The position numbers and the translations under genes are program-made. A DNA stretch of 64,000 nt from Chiloscyllium plagiosum (Eukaryota): the NCBI RefSeq assembly GCF_004010195.1, contig NC_057718.1, positions 35,732,235 through 35,796,234 of the forward strand. The letters run 5' to 3'. Under the pieces are notes generated by a model that saw only the letters and a program-made list of their open reading frames with translations, was not told where the DNA came from and did not search any database. Below, piece after piece: positions 38,656-52,429 of this stretch (position 1 is the stretch's first letter; every line of letters begins with the position of its first letter).

Positions 38656-40789
38656 GTTTTCAAAGGCTTGATCAACACATAGTCATCAGGATCCTGCATT
38701 TTCAAAGCCTTTGTTTAATTACATGACAGCAAGTTCCAACTGTTGAAATTTACTTTTACCTAATAGCTCTGTGAAGCACAGTAGAATATTCTTGCATATT
38801 CTAATGCGACTGTTATGGGATTTTCTTGTAAATGTCAACACACTTTCATAACAATTTTTAAATCAATAACGTAGCTTTTAAGCAAGAAATATTCCAAGGC
38901 ATTTCATCAAATGATGAGAAGGAAAAGGCTTTGTGTAAAAGAAGGATCAAATGAATTTCCTAATTATTCCCTACAATAGAAATAAAAACAAATTAATCCA
39001 TTAATGACAGACATTTCACTGTTAAGTTCTGTTTTCACAAGGAACCAACCAGAATCGTTCAATGTTTGCACACACAATTCCTTTACTATTTAACTGCCTT
39101 TAGTTAACTGCCTTTAATTCATCAAACTAAAAAGAAAACAAATGTCTTTGAGAGTAGTTCCATTTGTGGTGTAGACTTTGGAGACAATAAAGAGATTTAA
39201 TAAAATGGATCAGGAATGAGACATTATAAGATTGATGTTAGATTGGAGTTACTTAGAGCAGCAACTATGAGATTTGGGACAGCTTGTTAAAGAAAACAGT
39301 AAACAAAGGAATTTCAGTTAGTACAACTTTAAGGTGACGAGTAATTTAACTAGAGGTGACATGAAGAAAAACTATTTCATTTGTTCATTAACTGTTAGGA
39401 TTTTAAATTCATAACCTGATAGATGTGGATGCAGATTTGATATCAGCCTTTGGAATAAAATTAAAAATAAAGTTGAAGGAGTGCAGTGATGGAAGGAAAA
39501 AAGTAGGGGAGTGAGACAGTTTCTCTTTCAATGAGTTGGTAATGGGTAAAGTGTCCTCTTTCTTCATTCTACTGACATTTGCATTTGCTGACATCTGCGA
39601 TGATGCATGGTGGCAGCAAAGTCTGTGAAATAAATTAAAATAAAGACAGAAAAAAAACTAACAAATCCTTAAAAATGGAAAAAAAAAGAACAAATAGGTG
39701 AAAAGAAAAAAATGCAATAAAATAGAAATTTAAAAAAAAATTACAATCAGCTTTATATTGCACATGTGTATGTGCATTCAAAACATAGATAGTGAGCACG
39801 CACAGTTAGAATTTAACATTGCATGACTGTGTCAGCAGACACTTCCTTCTATGATTGCTACCAGGTCTCATCATTCTACAAGTTAGACTTTTAAAGACTG
39901 TTATTCAAAACTATCAAGGTCACAAAATAGGAGGCAAGGTAATTAGTCCATTTGCATTCATCCATCCAGAAACAACATCCAAATCATCAGTGATGGCGTC
40001 ACAGAGTTCTTTCTTTGTCACTTCAGTTTGAACACAAACTATTAATGATAACTCCACATGTAATAATCTTCCTAATATGCATCAGAGTTGACTGAACTTG
40101 TGCTATTTTGCTATTACAGTACGAAATCAAAAATGTGATTAAGAACTCAAGGTATTGCCTCACCAACATAATACAATTTTATGTGATCCAACATAATACA
40201 ATTTTATGTGATTGCTCACCTTCCTTGTTCTGTTTTAGCAATATCACAAACTGGCACACAGGAATATCACCATCTGCAAGTTGGTCTACAAAACACAAAC
40301 CAACCTGACCTGGAACTGTAATTAGTGATCCCTTTACACTGCTGGGTCAATAACCTGGAACTTCCTTCATAAAAGCATTGCAGCTGCACCTATGCGAGAT
40401 GGGATGGCATGGCAGTTCAAAACATTGCCTCATTGCCATATTCTCACTGCAATTAGAGAAAGGCATAAAATACTGGTCTTGTCAGTGATTTCCTGCTCCT
40501 CGGATGCTGCCTGACCTGAGTTTTTCTTGGCTCTCACCTCCAGCATCTGCAGTACTCACTTTCGCCTCGTCAGTAATGCTCTCATCCTATGCTAGAATTT
40601 TTTTAACATAGAAATTAACTATTTTATCAACTCCAATTCATATCTAGTTACTTCAAGGCCAAAATCTTCTGCATGAATTTTGAAATGAAACTTGTATCGT
40701 GGCATGGTAGTCATTCTTTTTCAAGCGAAAAATGAAATGAAAAAGTTTGTCAAATGCTTTCATTCTCAAACACCAATCTGCTTAACTTG

Positions 40790-41105
40790 ATAACTGCAGA
40801 AAAAAAATGATACATCTCGTCAAAGCTTTTTGTTTTACATTCATCAGGACATTTGTAATAACAGTAATGTAAAGGGAAATACCACTGTATATAGCATGGC
40901 AAAAGAATGCTGATTGGTTGACAAGTGGACTGATTGGTAGAGGCATTGCTATGGAGAATGCACCAGTTACGATGACAATGACAGTTAAGTGCTAAGCTTC
41001 GTTTAAACTTAAATAACAATTGTTAACCCTTTACATTGGTCCTTGTGATGTGCTGATGAGTAAAAAATGAAAAACTTCAACAAAATGTGCCTTTTTCAGC
41101 ATTAC
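40790..41105. mobile_element. Old Penelope-like repeat (family E) with two decayed, oppositely oriented hammerhead-like cores
   Basis: Minus 40819-40850: GTC-CTGATGA-..-aAAA-AGCT-TT-GAC. Plus about 41050-41081: gtg-CTGATGA-GT..AT-GAAAaacttcaac. Confidence 0.5.
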
Positions 41106-42232
41106 ATCAGTTTGGTTTGCTATGATTCTCTATTTAACTTTCCAAGTATTCAAGATATATGAAGACTACACCATCGAGCTTCTTTTTCTTCATTTTTCCA
41201 GAAGACTCCATAGAATTTTACGTTGCTTTCATTACAAAATCTTTGCACAATTAATGTTTTGAATATAGAGCCATTATAAAGCTTTAAAACAAAAGATCAC
41301 TTTCCAGCAAAGAGCTTCTATAAACACAAAGTGAGTTATGGTGCATTTCCACAATGAAGGACAATAATTTTTCTAATTAGTTACACTTTGGTCAACGGAT
41401 GTTAAAATTGCTACATCACAACTTTAGATTAGAAAGGAGAACTGAAAACATACAATTTATTTTCTTTATACGTTCACAGGATGAGGGTGTCGCTGGTTAG
41501 GCAGTATTTACTGCCCATCCCTAATTGCCAAGAGGGCAGTTAAGAATCAACCACATTGCTATGGGTCTGGAGTCACATGTAGGCCAGGTAAGGATGGCAG
41601 TTTGCATCCCTGAAGGATATGAGTGAACCAAATGGGTTTTTTCCAACAATCAACAATGGATTCATAGTCATCATTAGATTCTTAATTCTACACATTTATT
41701 GAATTCAAATTCCACCACCTGCCGTGACTCTATGCAAGTTTGCTCTGTCAAGAAAGTAAGAAGATAGCATACTTGTTCCATTCTTCTTACAATGTGGTTC
41801 TGTAGCTTTAGATTATGAAATAGAATTTTTCCATTTCCTCCTCGCTGGAGGAATGTCATCCTGTTTAGTCACATTGTACGAACTAAGCATTTAATATATT
41901 GGGAATTTGCAGATCCAAGGCCACATCTAACCAATACGGCATTTTAAACTGTTTTAGAAATGTAATAAATTGCTTTTTTGTGACATTTACAAGATTGATT
42001 ATGGCTTCTAAATTACATCAGCACCGAAAAAAAGTGTTATTTTAAAAGATAAAACATTAGGGAAGGGATCGCCTAGTGGTATTATTGCCAGACTATTATA
42101 TCAGAGAACCTACAGTTCTCAAAATTAAGTTGGTTATATAGTTATAATGATCTTTAGGCAAGTTGTATATATAAAATACCATTCCTTCTTGAAGGTAGCA
42201 GTTCAAGTGTCTCAACAAAATATCATTCTTAC

Positions 42233-42350
42233 CTTCATTCAGCATGTCTGTAATATCTGCTTGGTATCGTGAGCCTACTCGTATTTCTCCTTTGTCTGCC
42301 AGAAGCGTTTTCTGTGAGGGATCATAGACTAAAGAGTAGAAAAATCCATC
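42233..42350 (-). CDS. MTA3: MTA3-like (metastasis-associated protein, NuRD subunit) coding exon, BAH end / ELM2 start
   Basis: 118 nt, acceptor ...ttttacag|GAT and donor GAA G|gtaaga. Encodes [39 protein letters not shown](G), an MTA-family sequence. Confidence 0.93.
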
Positions 42351-42759
42351 CTGTAAAAAGAAAATAAGCATTTGAAATGGCTATATGACAACTGCCAAAC
42401 ACAAAGAATCATCAAAAAGCAATCAAAATTAAATTTCACTCCACAGAATAGAAAATGATGCAAAATATAAAGATGTACTATTGTCCTAATTTTAATCATT
42501 CACAAAGTCTGCACTTAAGTAATGAAAAACTGAAACTAAGTTCTAAAGCCATGTTCAGCCTTGGAATTCATACATTCCTTGGATACTAATGAAACAAACA
42601 TCATCTTACACACTTTTTTTTGTCATCCATACTCCATGAAAATGTCAGAACACCAAATTTCAAAAAACCACAATAATTTATACTAAACTAGAAAAAGACA
42701 ACTGGACAAGTCAACTCTGACTGGGAAGAGTGTGCAACAAGTCAGCATCATTGTGAAGC

Positions 42760-43740
42760 AGACTGAGCAAGAAAGAGGAGCTAGTGTTTCTGAAATAGCA
42801 TGACGGAAAGCATGGACAGCAGATTAAAAAGAAAAGGACAGAAACTAGAGGCAGCAGCTTTTCAAACAACGTGAGACAGCAGGTCAGAAGCTTCATAAAG
42901 AGAACAGCAGAAAGTGGGAAGGGCATCGAAAGCGGGAGATAAAAATCGGAAGCAGAGAGACCCTTCAACTTACTTCTTCCTAAAAGAACTAAAATGCGAC
43001 ATTACAGGGAGACAGGAGGGTAATCAGTGTGCATTTCTTCTGTGGTTTTCAATTCGCCAATTGGTTTAAAATAGAAGATTACAGTTGAAAAATTCATAAC
43101 ATCTAAGTTAATTATGACGGTATCTGCAGCAAGTGATGGCTACCTGATGAACTTCAGCTCCGAGTTGATGACATGGATATCATGACATATCAGGGTGGGG
43201 AGAAAGGTACAATATTTCAAGAAGCTGCCACACCCCTTTAACTAAATGAGATTTGTGGTCAGAGACAAGAGGGTGTAACTGCAAGTGAGGAAGATATAGG
43301 GAACTAGAACTTAGCTTTGGAAAAGCCTCAGCCAGTGCTGAGACACAAAGTTCTTGCTTCTAGCGTGCAGGAGGGCAAAGACTACAAGAAGAATGAGCAA
43401 ACTGACCACAGCTGCATGGGAGAGATAGCCATTCAAGAGAAAACGGGAGTATAGTTAGTGGAGTAGATATTGTTCTCTTCAACAAAGCCAGAGAGTCTTG
43501 AAGACAATGTTGCCTACCAGGCTCGAGACATTCGTCTGGGTTTTAGAGGAACTTGGAGGGAAAGGATCCAATTATTGTGGCCCACATTGATACCAGTGAC
43601 ATAGGTAGGACTGGGAAAAAAGGTCCGTTGAGGAATTATTAACAACTCAGGACTAAATTAGAAAGCAGAACCACAGAAGTAACCATTTTGTATGACTGCC
43701 AAAGCCATGTGCAAATGGCAGAGGGTAAATAAGATTAGCA
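42760..43740 (+). mobile_element. Decayed CR1 5' region / ORF1 esterase
   Basis: CCLPG and DPIIVAHIDTSDIGR remnants at about 43505-43615. Confidence 0.6.
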
Positions 43741-43741
43741 A

Positions 43742-44005
43742 AGCAGCACAGTGGCTCAGTGGTTAACACTGCTGCCTCACAGCGCCAGGAACACAGGTTC
43801 AATTTCAGTCTTGGATGATTGTCGATGTGAAGTTTACACTTTCTCCCCATGTATATGTGGGGTTCCTCCGGTGCTCTGGTTTTCTCTCACAGTCCAAAGA
43901 TGAGCAGGTTAGGTGGATTAGCTATGTCAAATTTCCCACAATGTCCAGAGATGTGTAGGTTAGGTGGATTAGCTATGGGAAATGCGGGATTATAGGGATA
44001 GGGTA
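43742..44005 (+). mobile_element. HE1-type SINE, 3'-truncated
   Basis: cacagtggctcagtggttaacactgctgcctcacagcgccagg head. Confidence 0.8.
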
Positions 44006-44007
44006 GG

Positions 44008-47000
44008 GCAACCAGAATTGTATGCAGAGGCCTCACCAATGTCCTGTACAGCCACAACACGACATCCCAACTCCTAAACTTAATGGCTGACCAATGAAGG
44101 CAAGTGTGCCAAACTTCTTCTTCACCACCCTGTCTATCTATGACTCCACTTTCAAGGAACTTCACACAGAGGGTGGTGGACGTTTGGAATGCGTTGCCAG
44201 CAGAGGTGGTAGAGACAGACATGGTAGATTCATTTAAGATGCGTCTGGTTAGATGCATGAGTAGGTGGGGAGCAGAAGGATACAAATGTTTAGGAATTGA
44301 CCGACAGGTTTAGACAGTACATTTGGATCGGCTCAGGCTTGGAGGGCCAAAGGGCCTGTTCCGAGGCTGTAAATTTTCTTTGTTCTTTGAACTATGCACC
44401 TGAAACGCTAGGTCTCTTTCGGGCGCAAACTTGCTATCTCTGATATTCACTTCCAAATCATATTAATGACGAAAAGCAGTGGAGTCAGCACCAATCCTTT
44501 TGGCACACTACTGGTCACAGGCTTTCAGTCTGAAAAGCAACCCTCCGCCACCACCCTCCGTCTCCTCCCTTCAAGCCAGTTGAGTATCCAATTGGCTAGC
44601 TCTCCCAGATCCCTCATGATCTAACCTTACTAACCAGTCTACCATGCAGAACCTTTTCAAATGCTTTGCTGAAGGCCATATGGACATCTAACACTTTTCC
44701 TTCATCAATCCTGTCATCTCTTCAAAAGATCAATCAGGTTAGCGAGTCAAGCCATCAGGACAGGCAGGGACAAAGCAGAGAACAAGGTTGACTGATTGGA
44801 GTCAACATGCACAAAACCATGTTGACTCCAATCAGTCCTTGCATATCCAAATGCATGTAAATCCTATCCCTCAGAATCCCCCTCAAACAACATGCCCACT
44901 ACTGATGTAAGGCTCACTAGTCTGTAGTTCCCTGATTTTTCTTTACAGTACCACATTAGCTGACCTCCAGTCTTCCACACCTCACCTGTGGCTGTCGATG
45001 ATATCTCAGCAAGGGGCCCAGCAATCTCTTCCCTAGCTTCCCACAAAGTTCTGGGAAACACCTGATCAGCTCCCAGGTATTTATCTATCTTTATGCATTT
45101 TAAGACCTCCAGCACCTCACCTTCTGTAATATGATTCTTTTCAAGACATTATTTCCCCAAGTTCTCTAGCTTCCATGTCCTTCTCTAAAATAAATAATGA
45201 TGCAAAATATCTATTTAGTATCTCACCCATCTCCTGTGGTTCCATACATACAGGGCCACTCTTTTGCTCTTAATGTCCTTACGATCTCTTTGAATTCTCC
45301 TTAACTCTATTTGCCAAAGCTATCTCATGTCCCCTTTCTGCCTTACTGATTTTCCTCTTAAGTATACTCTAAAGAATTATCCAATCCCAGCTGTCTATAC
45401 CTGACAACACCTGAATTCGAAGGGGACTAAGATACTGGCAGGGAGATTTGCTACAACTGCTTGGATGGATTTAAACGAGTAAGGTAGGGAATAGGGAGGA
45501 GCAGGAGGTGGCAGCGAGAGACCCAGGAAGATAGTGAGGAAAGAGATCAATCTGAGGCTGGTACAGTTGAGAGCAAAGGCGAGTCAAGCCGTCAGGACAG
45601 GCAGGGACAAAGCAGAGAACAAGGTAGGACTGATAAAATTAAACTGCATTTATTTCAAAGCAAGAGGCCATCAAGGGAAGGTAGATGAACTCAGGGCATG
45701 GTTCGGAACATGGGACTGGGATACCATAGCAATTACAGAAACGTGGCTCAGAGATGGATAGGACTGGCAGCTTAATGTTCCAGGTTCAAATGCTACAGGA
45801 AGGATAGAAAAGGAGGCAAAGGGGGTGGGGGGTGGGGAAGTGGCGTGTTTGATAAAGGATAACATTACAGCTGTACTTAGGGAGGATATTTGCAGAAATA
45901 TATCCAAGGAAGTTATTGAGTGGAATTGAGAAATAAGAAAGGAATGATCACCTTATTGGGATTATATTATAGACCCCGTAATAGTCAGCAGGAAATTGAG
46001 CAACTAATTTGGAGGGAGATTTCAGTTATCTGCAAGAATAATAGGGTGGTTATGGTAGGGGATTTTAACTTTCCAAACATAGACTCAGACTGCCATAGTG
46101 TTAAGTGTTTAGATGGAGAGGAATTTGTTAAGTGTGTACAAGAAAATTTTCTGATTCAGTATGTGGATGTACCTACTAGAGAAGGTGCAAAACATGGGAA
46201 ATATGGCAGGGCAGGTGACTGAGGTGTCAATGGGGGAGCACTTTGGGGCCAGTGATCACAATTCTATTAGTTTTAAAATAGTGATAGAAAAGGATAGACC
46301 AGATCTAAAAGTTGAAGTTCTAAATTGGAGGAAGGCTAATTTTGACGGTATTAGGCAAGAACTTTCAAAAGCTGACTGGGGGCAGATGTTTGTGGGTAAG
46401 GGACGGCTGGAAAATGGGACGCCTTCAGGAATGACATAATGAGAGTCCAGACAGTATATTCCTGTTAGGATGAAAGGAAAGGCTGGTAGGTGTAGGGAGT
46501 GCTGGATGACTAGAGAAATTGAGGGTTTGGTTAAGAAAAAGAATAGACATGATAGATCGAGTGAATCCTTAGAAGAGTATAAAGGCAGTAGGAATATACT
46601 TAAGAAGGAAATCAGGAGGGCAAAAAGGATACATGAGATAGCTTTGGCAAACAGGGTTAAGGAGAATCCAAAGGGTTTTTACAAATACATTAAGACAAAA
46701 GGGTAACTAGAGAGAGAATAAGGCCCCTCAAACATTAGCAAGGTAGCCTTTGTGTGGAGCTGCAGGAGTTGGGGGAGATACTAAACGATTATTTTGCATC
46801 AGTGTTAACTGTTGAGAAGGACATGGAAGATATCGAGTGTAGAGAAATAGATGATGACATCTTAAAAAAAATTCCCATTACAGAGAAGAAACTGCTGGAT
46901 GTCTTGAAACGCATAAGGTGAACAAATCCCCAGGACCTAATCAGGGGTACCCTAGAACTCTGTGAAGCTAGGAAAGTGATTGCTGGGCCCCTTGTTGAGA

Positions 47001-49490
47001 TAGTTGTATTATTGATAGTCACAGGTGAGGTGCCAGAAGACTGGAGGTTGGCTAACATGGTCACTATTTAAGAAAGGTGGTAAGGACAAGCCAGGGAACT
47101 ACAGACCAGTGAGCTTGATATTGGTGGTGGGCAAGTTGTTGGAGGGAATCCTGAGGGACAGGATTTACACATATTTGGACAGGCAAGGACTGATTAGGGC
47201 TAGTCAATATGGCTTTGTTCATGGGAAATCATGTCTCACAAACTTGACTGAGTTTTTTGAAGAAGTAACAAAGAGGATTGATGAGGGCAGAGCGTTGGTC
47301 ATGATCTATATGGACTTCAGTAAGGCATTCAACAAGGTTCCCCACAGAAGACAGGTTAGCAAGGTTTGATCTCATGGAATACAGGGAGAATTAGCCATTT
47401 GGATACAGAACTGGCTGGAAGGCAGAAGGCAGGGGGTGGTGGTTGTGGTGGTTTTTCAGACTGGAGGCGGTTTTTCAGACTGGAGGCCTGTGACCAGTTT
47501 AGTACCACAAGGATCGGTGCTGGATCCACTACTTTTCGTCATTTGGATGTGACCATAGGTGGTACAGTTAGTAAGTTTGCAGATGACATGACACCAAAAT
47601 TGGAGGTGTAGTGGACAGCGAAGAAGATTACCTCAGAACACAACAGGATCTTGACCAGATGGGCCAATGGGCTGAGAAGTGGCAGATAGAGTTTAATTCA
47701 GATAACTGCGAGGTGCTGCATTTTGGGAAAGCAAATCTTAGCAGGACTTATACACTTAATGGTAAGGTCCTAGGGAGTGTTGCTGAACAAAGAGACCTTG
47801 GAGTGCAGGTTCATAGTTGAAAGTAGAGTCGATAGAATAGTGAAGAAGGCGTTTGGTATGTTTTCCTTTATTGGTCAGAGTATTGAGTACAAGGGTTAGG
47901 AGATCATGTTGCTGCTGTACAGGAATATTGCGTGGAATTCTGGTTTCCTTTCTATCGGAAGGACGTTATAAAACTTGAAAGGGTTCAGAAAAGGTTTACA
48001 AGGATGTTGCCAGGGTTGGAGGATTTGAGCTGAATAGGCTAGGGCTGTTTGCCCTGAAGCGTCGGAGGCTGACGGGTGACCTTATAGAGTTATATAAAAT
48101 CATGAGGGGCATGGATAGGATAAATAGACAAGGTCTTTTCCCTGGGATGGTGGAGTCCAGAACGGAGGGCATAGGTTTAGAGTGAGAGGGGAACGATGTA
48201 AAAGAGAGCTAAGGGGCAACTTTTTCACACAGAGGGTGATGCGTGTACAGAATAAGCTGCCAGAGGAAGTGGTGGAGGCTAGTGCAATTACAACATTTAA
48301 AAAGCATCTGGATGGGTATATGAATAGGAAGGGTTCGGAGGGATATGGACCAGGTGCTGGCAAGTGGGACTAGATTAGGTTGGGATATCTGATTGGAATG
48401 GACAAGTTGGACCGAAGGGTCTGTTTCCATGCTGTACATCTCTATGACTATGACTCTATATATGCTGCCTTTTTCTTGACCAGAGCCTCAGTTTCTCTAG
48501 TCATCCAGCATTCCCTATACTACCAGCCTTGCCCTTCAGACTAAAAAGGAACATACTTTCTCTGAACCTTTGTTATTTAATTTTTCAAGGCCTCCTACTT
48601 CCCAACCAACCTATTACTTGTGAATAGCTTCCCCCAAATAATTTTTTCCTGTCAAAAATGGCCTTACTCCAATTTAGAACTTTAACTTTTGGATCCGGTG
48701 TATCCTTTTTCATAATTCTATCAGTTTTGAAATAGTTATGATCACTTGCCCCAAAGTGCTCTTCAACTGATACCTGCCCTGCCTTATTTCCCAACAGAAG
48801 GCCAAGTATTACTCCTTCTCTAGTAGGTGCATCCACATATTGAATAAGAAAGTTTTCTTGGACACAGTTAAGAAATTCCTCCCCATCCAAGCCCTTAAAA
48901 CCATGACAGTCCCAATCTGTGTTTGGAAAGTTAATATCCCTTACCATTACAATGCTATTATTCTTGCAGATACCCGAGATCTCTTTACATATTTGCTTCT
49001 CAATTTCCTGCTGACAGTTTATTTGTTTGGGAGGGGCATCTATAATACAATGCCAACAAGGTGATCATCCTTTTCTTATTTCTTAGTTTCATCCATGAAT
49101 ATCCTCCTTAAATACAGCCGTAATGTTATTCCTAAACCAAAAGGCCACTCCCCTCCTCTCTTGTCCCCCTTTTCTATCTTTCCTGTAGCATCTACACCCC
49201 GTAACATTAAACTGACAGTCTTGTCCATCCCTGAGCTATGTTACTGTAATAGCTATGATTTCCCAGTCCAATGTTCTCAACCATGCCCTAAGTTCATCTG
49301 CCTTACCTGTTGTGTTGAAGTAAATGGAGTTTAATTTATCAATCTTACCTCATTTGATGCCAAGCTCTTGCCTGTCTTGACTATTTGACTTGCTCCCCTT
49401 ATCTACTGCCTTTTCTCTTTTCGCACAATTGCTTTGATTCTCACCCCTCCCTCAGTGGTTTAAAGGCTCCCAGGTAACACTGGCAAATCC
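44008..49490 (-). mobile_element. Older CR1 interrupted by a short + CR1 3' end (about 44162-44388) and a long + CR1 (about 45410-48458)
   Basis: Minus ORF2 fragments at 44864-45115 and 48585-48947 are continuous across the inserts. GAACT is duplicated around the short insert. Confidence 0.8.
45410..48458 (+). mobile_element. CR1 LINE (ORF1 end, complete but frameshifted ORF2, tail)
   Basis: CIYFKARG..AITETWL, VGDFNFP, ASDHN, YMDFSKAF and SKFADD motifs. Tail ctctatgactatgactcta. Confidence 0.92.
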
Positions 49491-50135
49491 ACAATAAATT
49501 ATGTTTCCCTCCAGTTGGACCTCCTGAGTTATTATACTGGCGTTAAGAGTTAATAAATGTTTCAGACGACCTGGACTTTCATTGAACACAACAGGACCAT
49601 GACAGGGATGTATTTAAAATATTGTCATTTGGGAAACTGGAACTTATGATATGGGCATAGAGGACAGGCCCCAGTCCACTGAAAAAATGAGATACTTCTT
49701 TCAGGCAAATGGGATAGGTGATACTGACAAAACATCATTCCCCCGAGTACTTGTGGGGCCCCAACTTGCAGCATCAGCCCCAGAGTCTAAACGTTTGAAG
49801 AACTGAGTAGTGGATCACTACGACCCCAAACCCCATCTGTTATACTGCAACTTTAGAGTTAACACAGCAAGTAGATGCCACAGACCCTCCCAGACATACT
49901 GAGTTTCACCAGCACTTTCTCCTTCTGTTTCAATCTTCCTGGGGAACCAGTTACTGAACTCGAGACTGGAAATTCGCAAAATATTCAGCGCTTCCGAGAT
50001 CACTTAGTTTGAGTCCCAATATCACTACTGATATTGGGACTCAAAAGAAGTTAGTGTCCAAAATGAACCAGTGAACGCGCCCTTTCCCACAAAAAACATG
50101 GAAAAAGGGGCTCAGGAGCTTCAGGGGTCCATAGA
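49491..50135 (+). mobile_element. Gypsy LTR-retrotransposon 5' relic (possible LTR end and PBS, gag)
   Basis: AATAAA at 49493, PBS-like TGGCG at 49538, then with frameshifts FGKLE..ED..Q..EKMRYFFQANGI..STCGAPT..HYDPKP..MEKGAQELQG. Confidence 0.65.
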
Positions 50136-50214
50136 TGGTACTGTCTAGAAGCTTGAGTGACCTTCATACCACAGAGCTAAGTTCCCTCCAGATAATTCTC
50201 ACGATTTCTTCATC

Positions 50215-51020
50215 CAGATCGTTAATGAATAGTTGTTGGCCCAGCACTAACCCCTGCGAAATTCCACTAGTGACCAGTTGCCATCTTGAAAAAGAACCTT
50301 TATGTCAACTCTCTGCCTTTCGCCAGTCTGCCAATCCTCTATCCATGTCAGGATCTTGCCCCAAACATCTCATTGAGCAATCTCCTGTGTGGCACTTTGT
50401 CAAAGGCTTCTGGAAATCCAAACAGATGGCTCTCGTTTGTCTAAGTTTCTCATTACCCCCTCAAAGACTTCCAACAGACTTGTCACGAATGACCTACCCT
50501 TGACAAAGCCGTGGTCATTTGCCCTATTTTACCATGAACTTCTAAGGACTTCTCAATCTCATCCCTAACAATGGACTCTAAAATCTTACCAATGACCGAG
50601 GTAAGGCTAACTGGCCTATAGTTCTGCCTCTCTCCCTTCTTAAACAGGGTGATATATAAGCCATTTTCCAGTCCTCTGGCAGCTCCCTGATTCTTGTGGA
50701 ACACTGCTGGTCATTGGCCTCCGGTCCGAGAAACAATCCTCCCCCACTACCACAACCCTCTGTCAGCTAGTATTGATCACCACCAATGCCTCTACAATAT
50801 CCTCAGCTATATCCTTCATAATTCTGGGGTATAGTTCATCTAGTCTAGGTGATTTATCACCTTCACACCTTTCATCTTCCCCAGCATTTTCTCTTTAGTG
50901 ACTGCCCTACAATCACCTCTGTGGCCTCACACTCTTGGTATGCTGCTGGTGTTTTCCACCATGATAATAGATGTAAAGTACCTATTCAGTTCCTCCAACA
51001 ATTCTTTGTTTCCCATTAAG
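50215..51020 (-). mobile_element. CR1 RT fragment
   Basis: NYRPVSLTSVIGKILESIVRD. Confidence 0.8.
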
Positions 51021-51319
51021 TTTGTTGCACATCTCTCTATAACAGTAAGCAAATTTTAAAATGAACTTCATTAAACAATAAAGATTGTGAAAGTTGCTAT
51101 ATAAAAGAAAAACTTTCTTTTTTATCATCCTGGAAAGATCAATTCACTGAAAGAAGGAAAAGAAAAGCCACCCATAAGAAAGAGTAAACAATTTGGATGG
51201 AGAATATTGAGCTCATTTTACATGCAGGATGCAGCATTTTCTTTTCTTCTTCAATAAAGTTGGCAAGTAACTAGGTCAACATTCACATAGAGCAGCCTAT
51301 ACACAAATACAACTGGCAA

Positions 51320-52415
51320 CAAATGCAGCACAGAAATAAACCCTTCGGTCCAACTCTCCATGCCAATCAAGTTTCCCAAACTAAACTGGCTCCACCTGCC
51401 TGTGTTTGGTCAATATCGCTCTAAAACTTTCCTATTCATGTACCTATCCGAGTATCTTACAAATGGTGTAACTGTACCTGCACCCACCACTTCCTCTAGC
51501 ATTTCATTCTACATATGAACCACACTGTGTGAAAGAGTTGCCTCTCAGGTCTCTGTTAAATCTTTCTCCTCTCACCTTAAAAATATGCCCCTTAGTTTTG
51601 AAATCCCCAGAGGGAAAACAGATTTACTGTTCACCTGACCTGTGCCCTTCATAATTGTATAAACTCCTATAAGGTCACCTCTCAAACTCTTACACTCCAG
51701 TGAAAAACATCCTAGCCTATCTAGCCTCTATTTATTAATCAACCCTTACAGCCCCAGCCATAGAAGATCCTGTTAAATCTTTTCTGAACTCTCTCCAATT
51801 TCCTATTGAATTAAAACTAGAATTGTACACAGTACTCCAAAAATGGCCGTACCAACGTCCTGTACAACCTCAACATGACTTCTCAATTCCTTTACTCAAA
51901 GGTCTAAGCATGAAGGTAAGCATGCCAATTGCCTTCTTAACCGCCCCGTCTTTTTGATACACAACTTTCAAAGATATATTTGAACCCCTAAGTCTCTCTG
52001 TTTAAAAACACTACCATTAACATTAAAAGTCCAACTTTTTATTTGTATTACCAAAATGTAACACCTCACATTTACCCAAATTAAAGTCCATCTGCCATTC
52101 CTCAGCCCATTGGCCCAATTGATCAAGATCCCTTCGTAATTTTAGGTAACCTTCTTCACTGTTGACTATGCCACCAATTTTGGTGCCATCCACAAACTTA
52201 CTCACCATGCTTCCTAAATCGTTTATATAAATGATAAACAAAAGTGGACCCAGCGCTGATCCCTGTGGAACACCCCTGGTCATTGGCCTCCAGTCTGAAA
52301 AACAATCCTCCACCACAACCGCCCTCTGTCAGCTGCCATCGAGCCAGTTTTGCATCCAGTTGGCAAGGTGTCCATGAATCCCATGTGATCCAACTTTACT
52401 AATTAGTCTACCATG
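51320..52415 (-). mobile_element. CR1 3' portion
   Basis: GVPQGSALGPLLFIIYINDL..KCEVLHFG. Confidence 0.85.
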
Positions 52416-52429
52416 CTCAGCGTTTAGAC

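Noticed and set aside
40163..40212. 25-bp tandem duplication (also a 19-bp duplication at about 47450-47487)
   Set aside because: Ordinary two-copy slippage duplications with no spacers, so not CRISPR-like or otherwise structured.
42096..42371. 91-aa ORF as a standalone gene
   Set aside because: Only 42233-42350 is MTA-like and it is bounded by splice sites. The rest is intron read-through.
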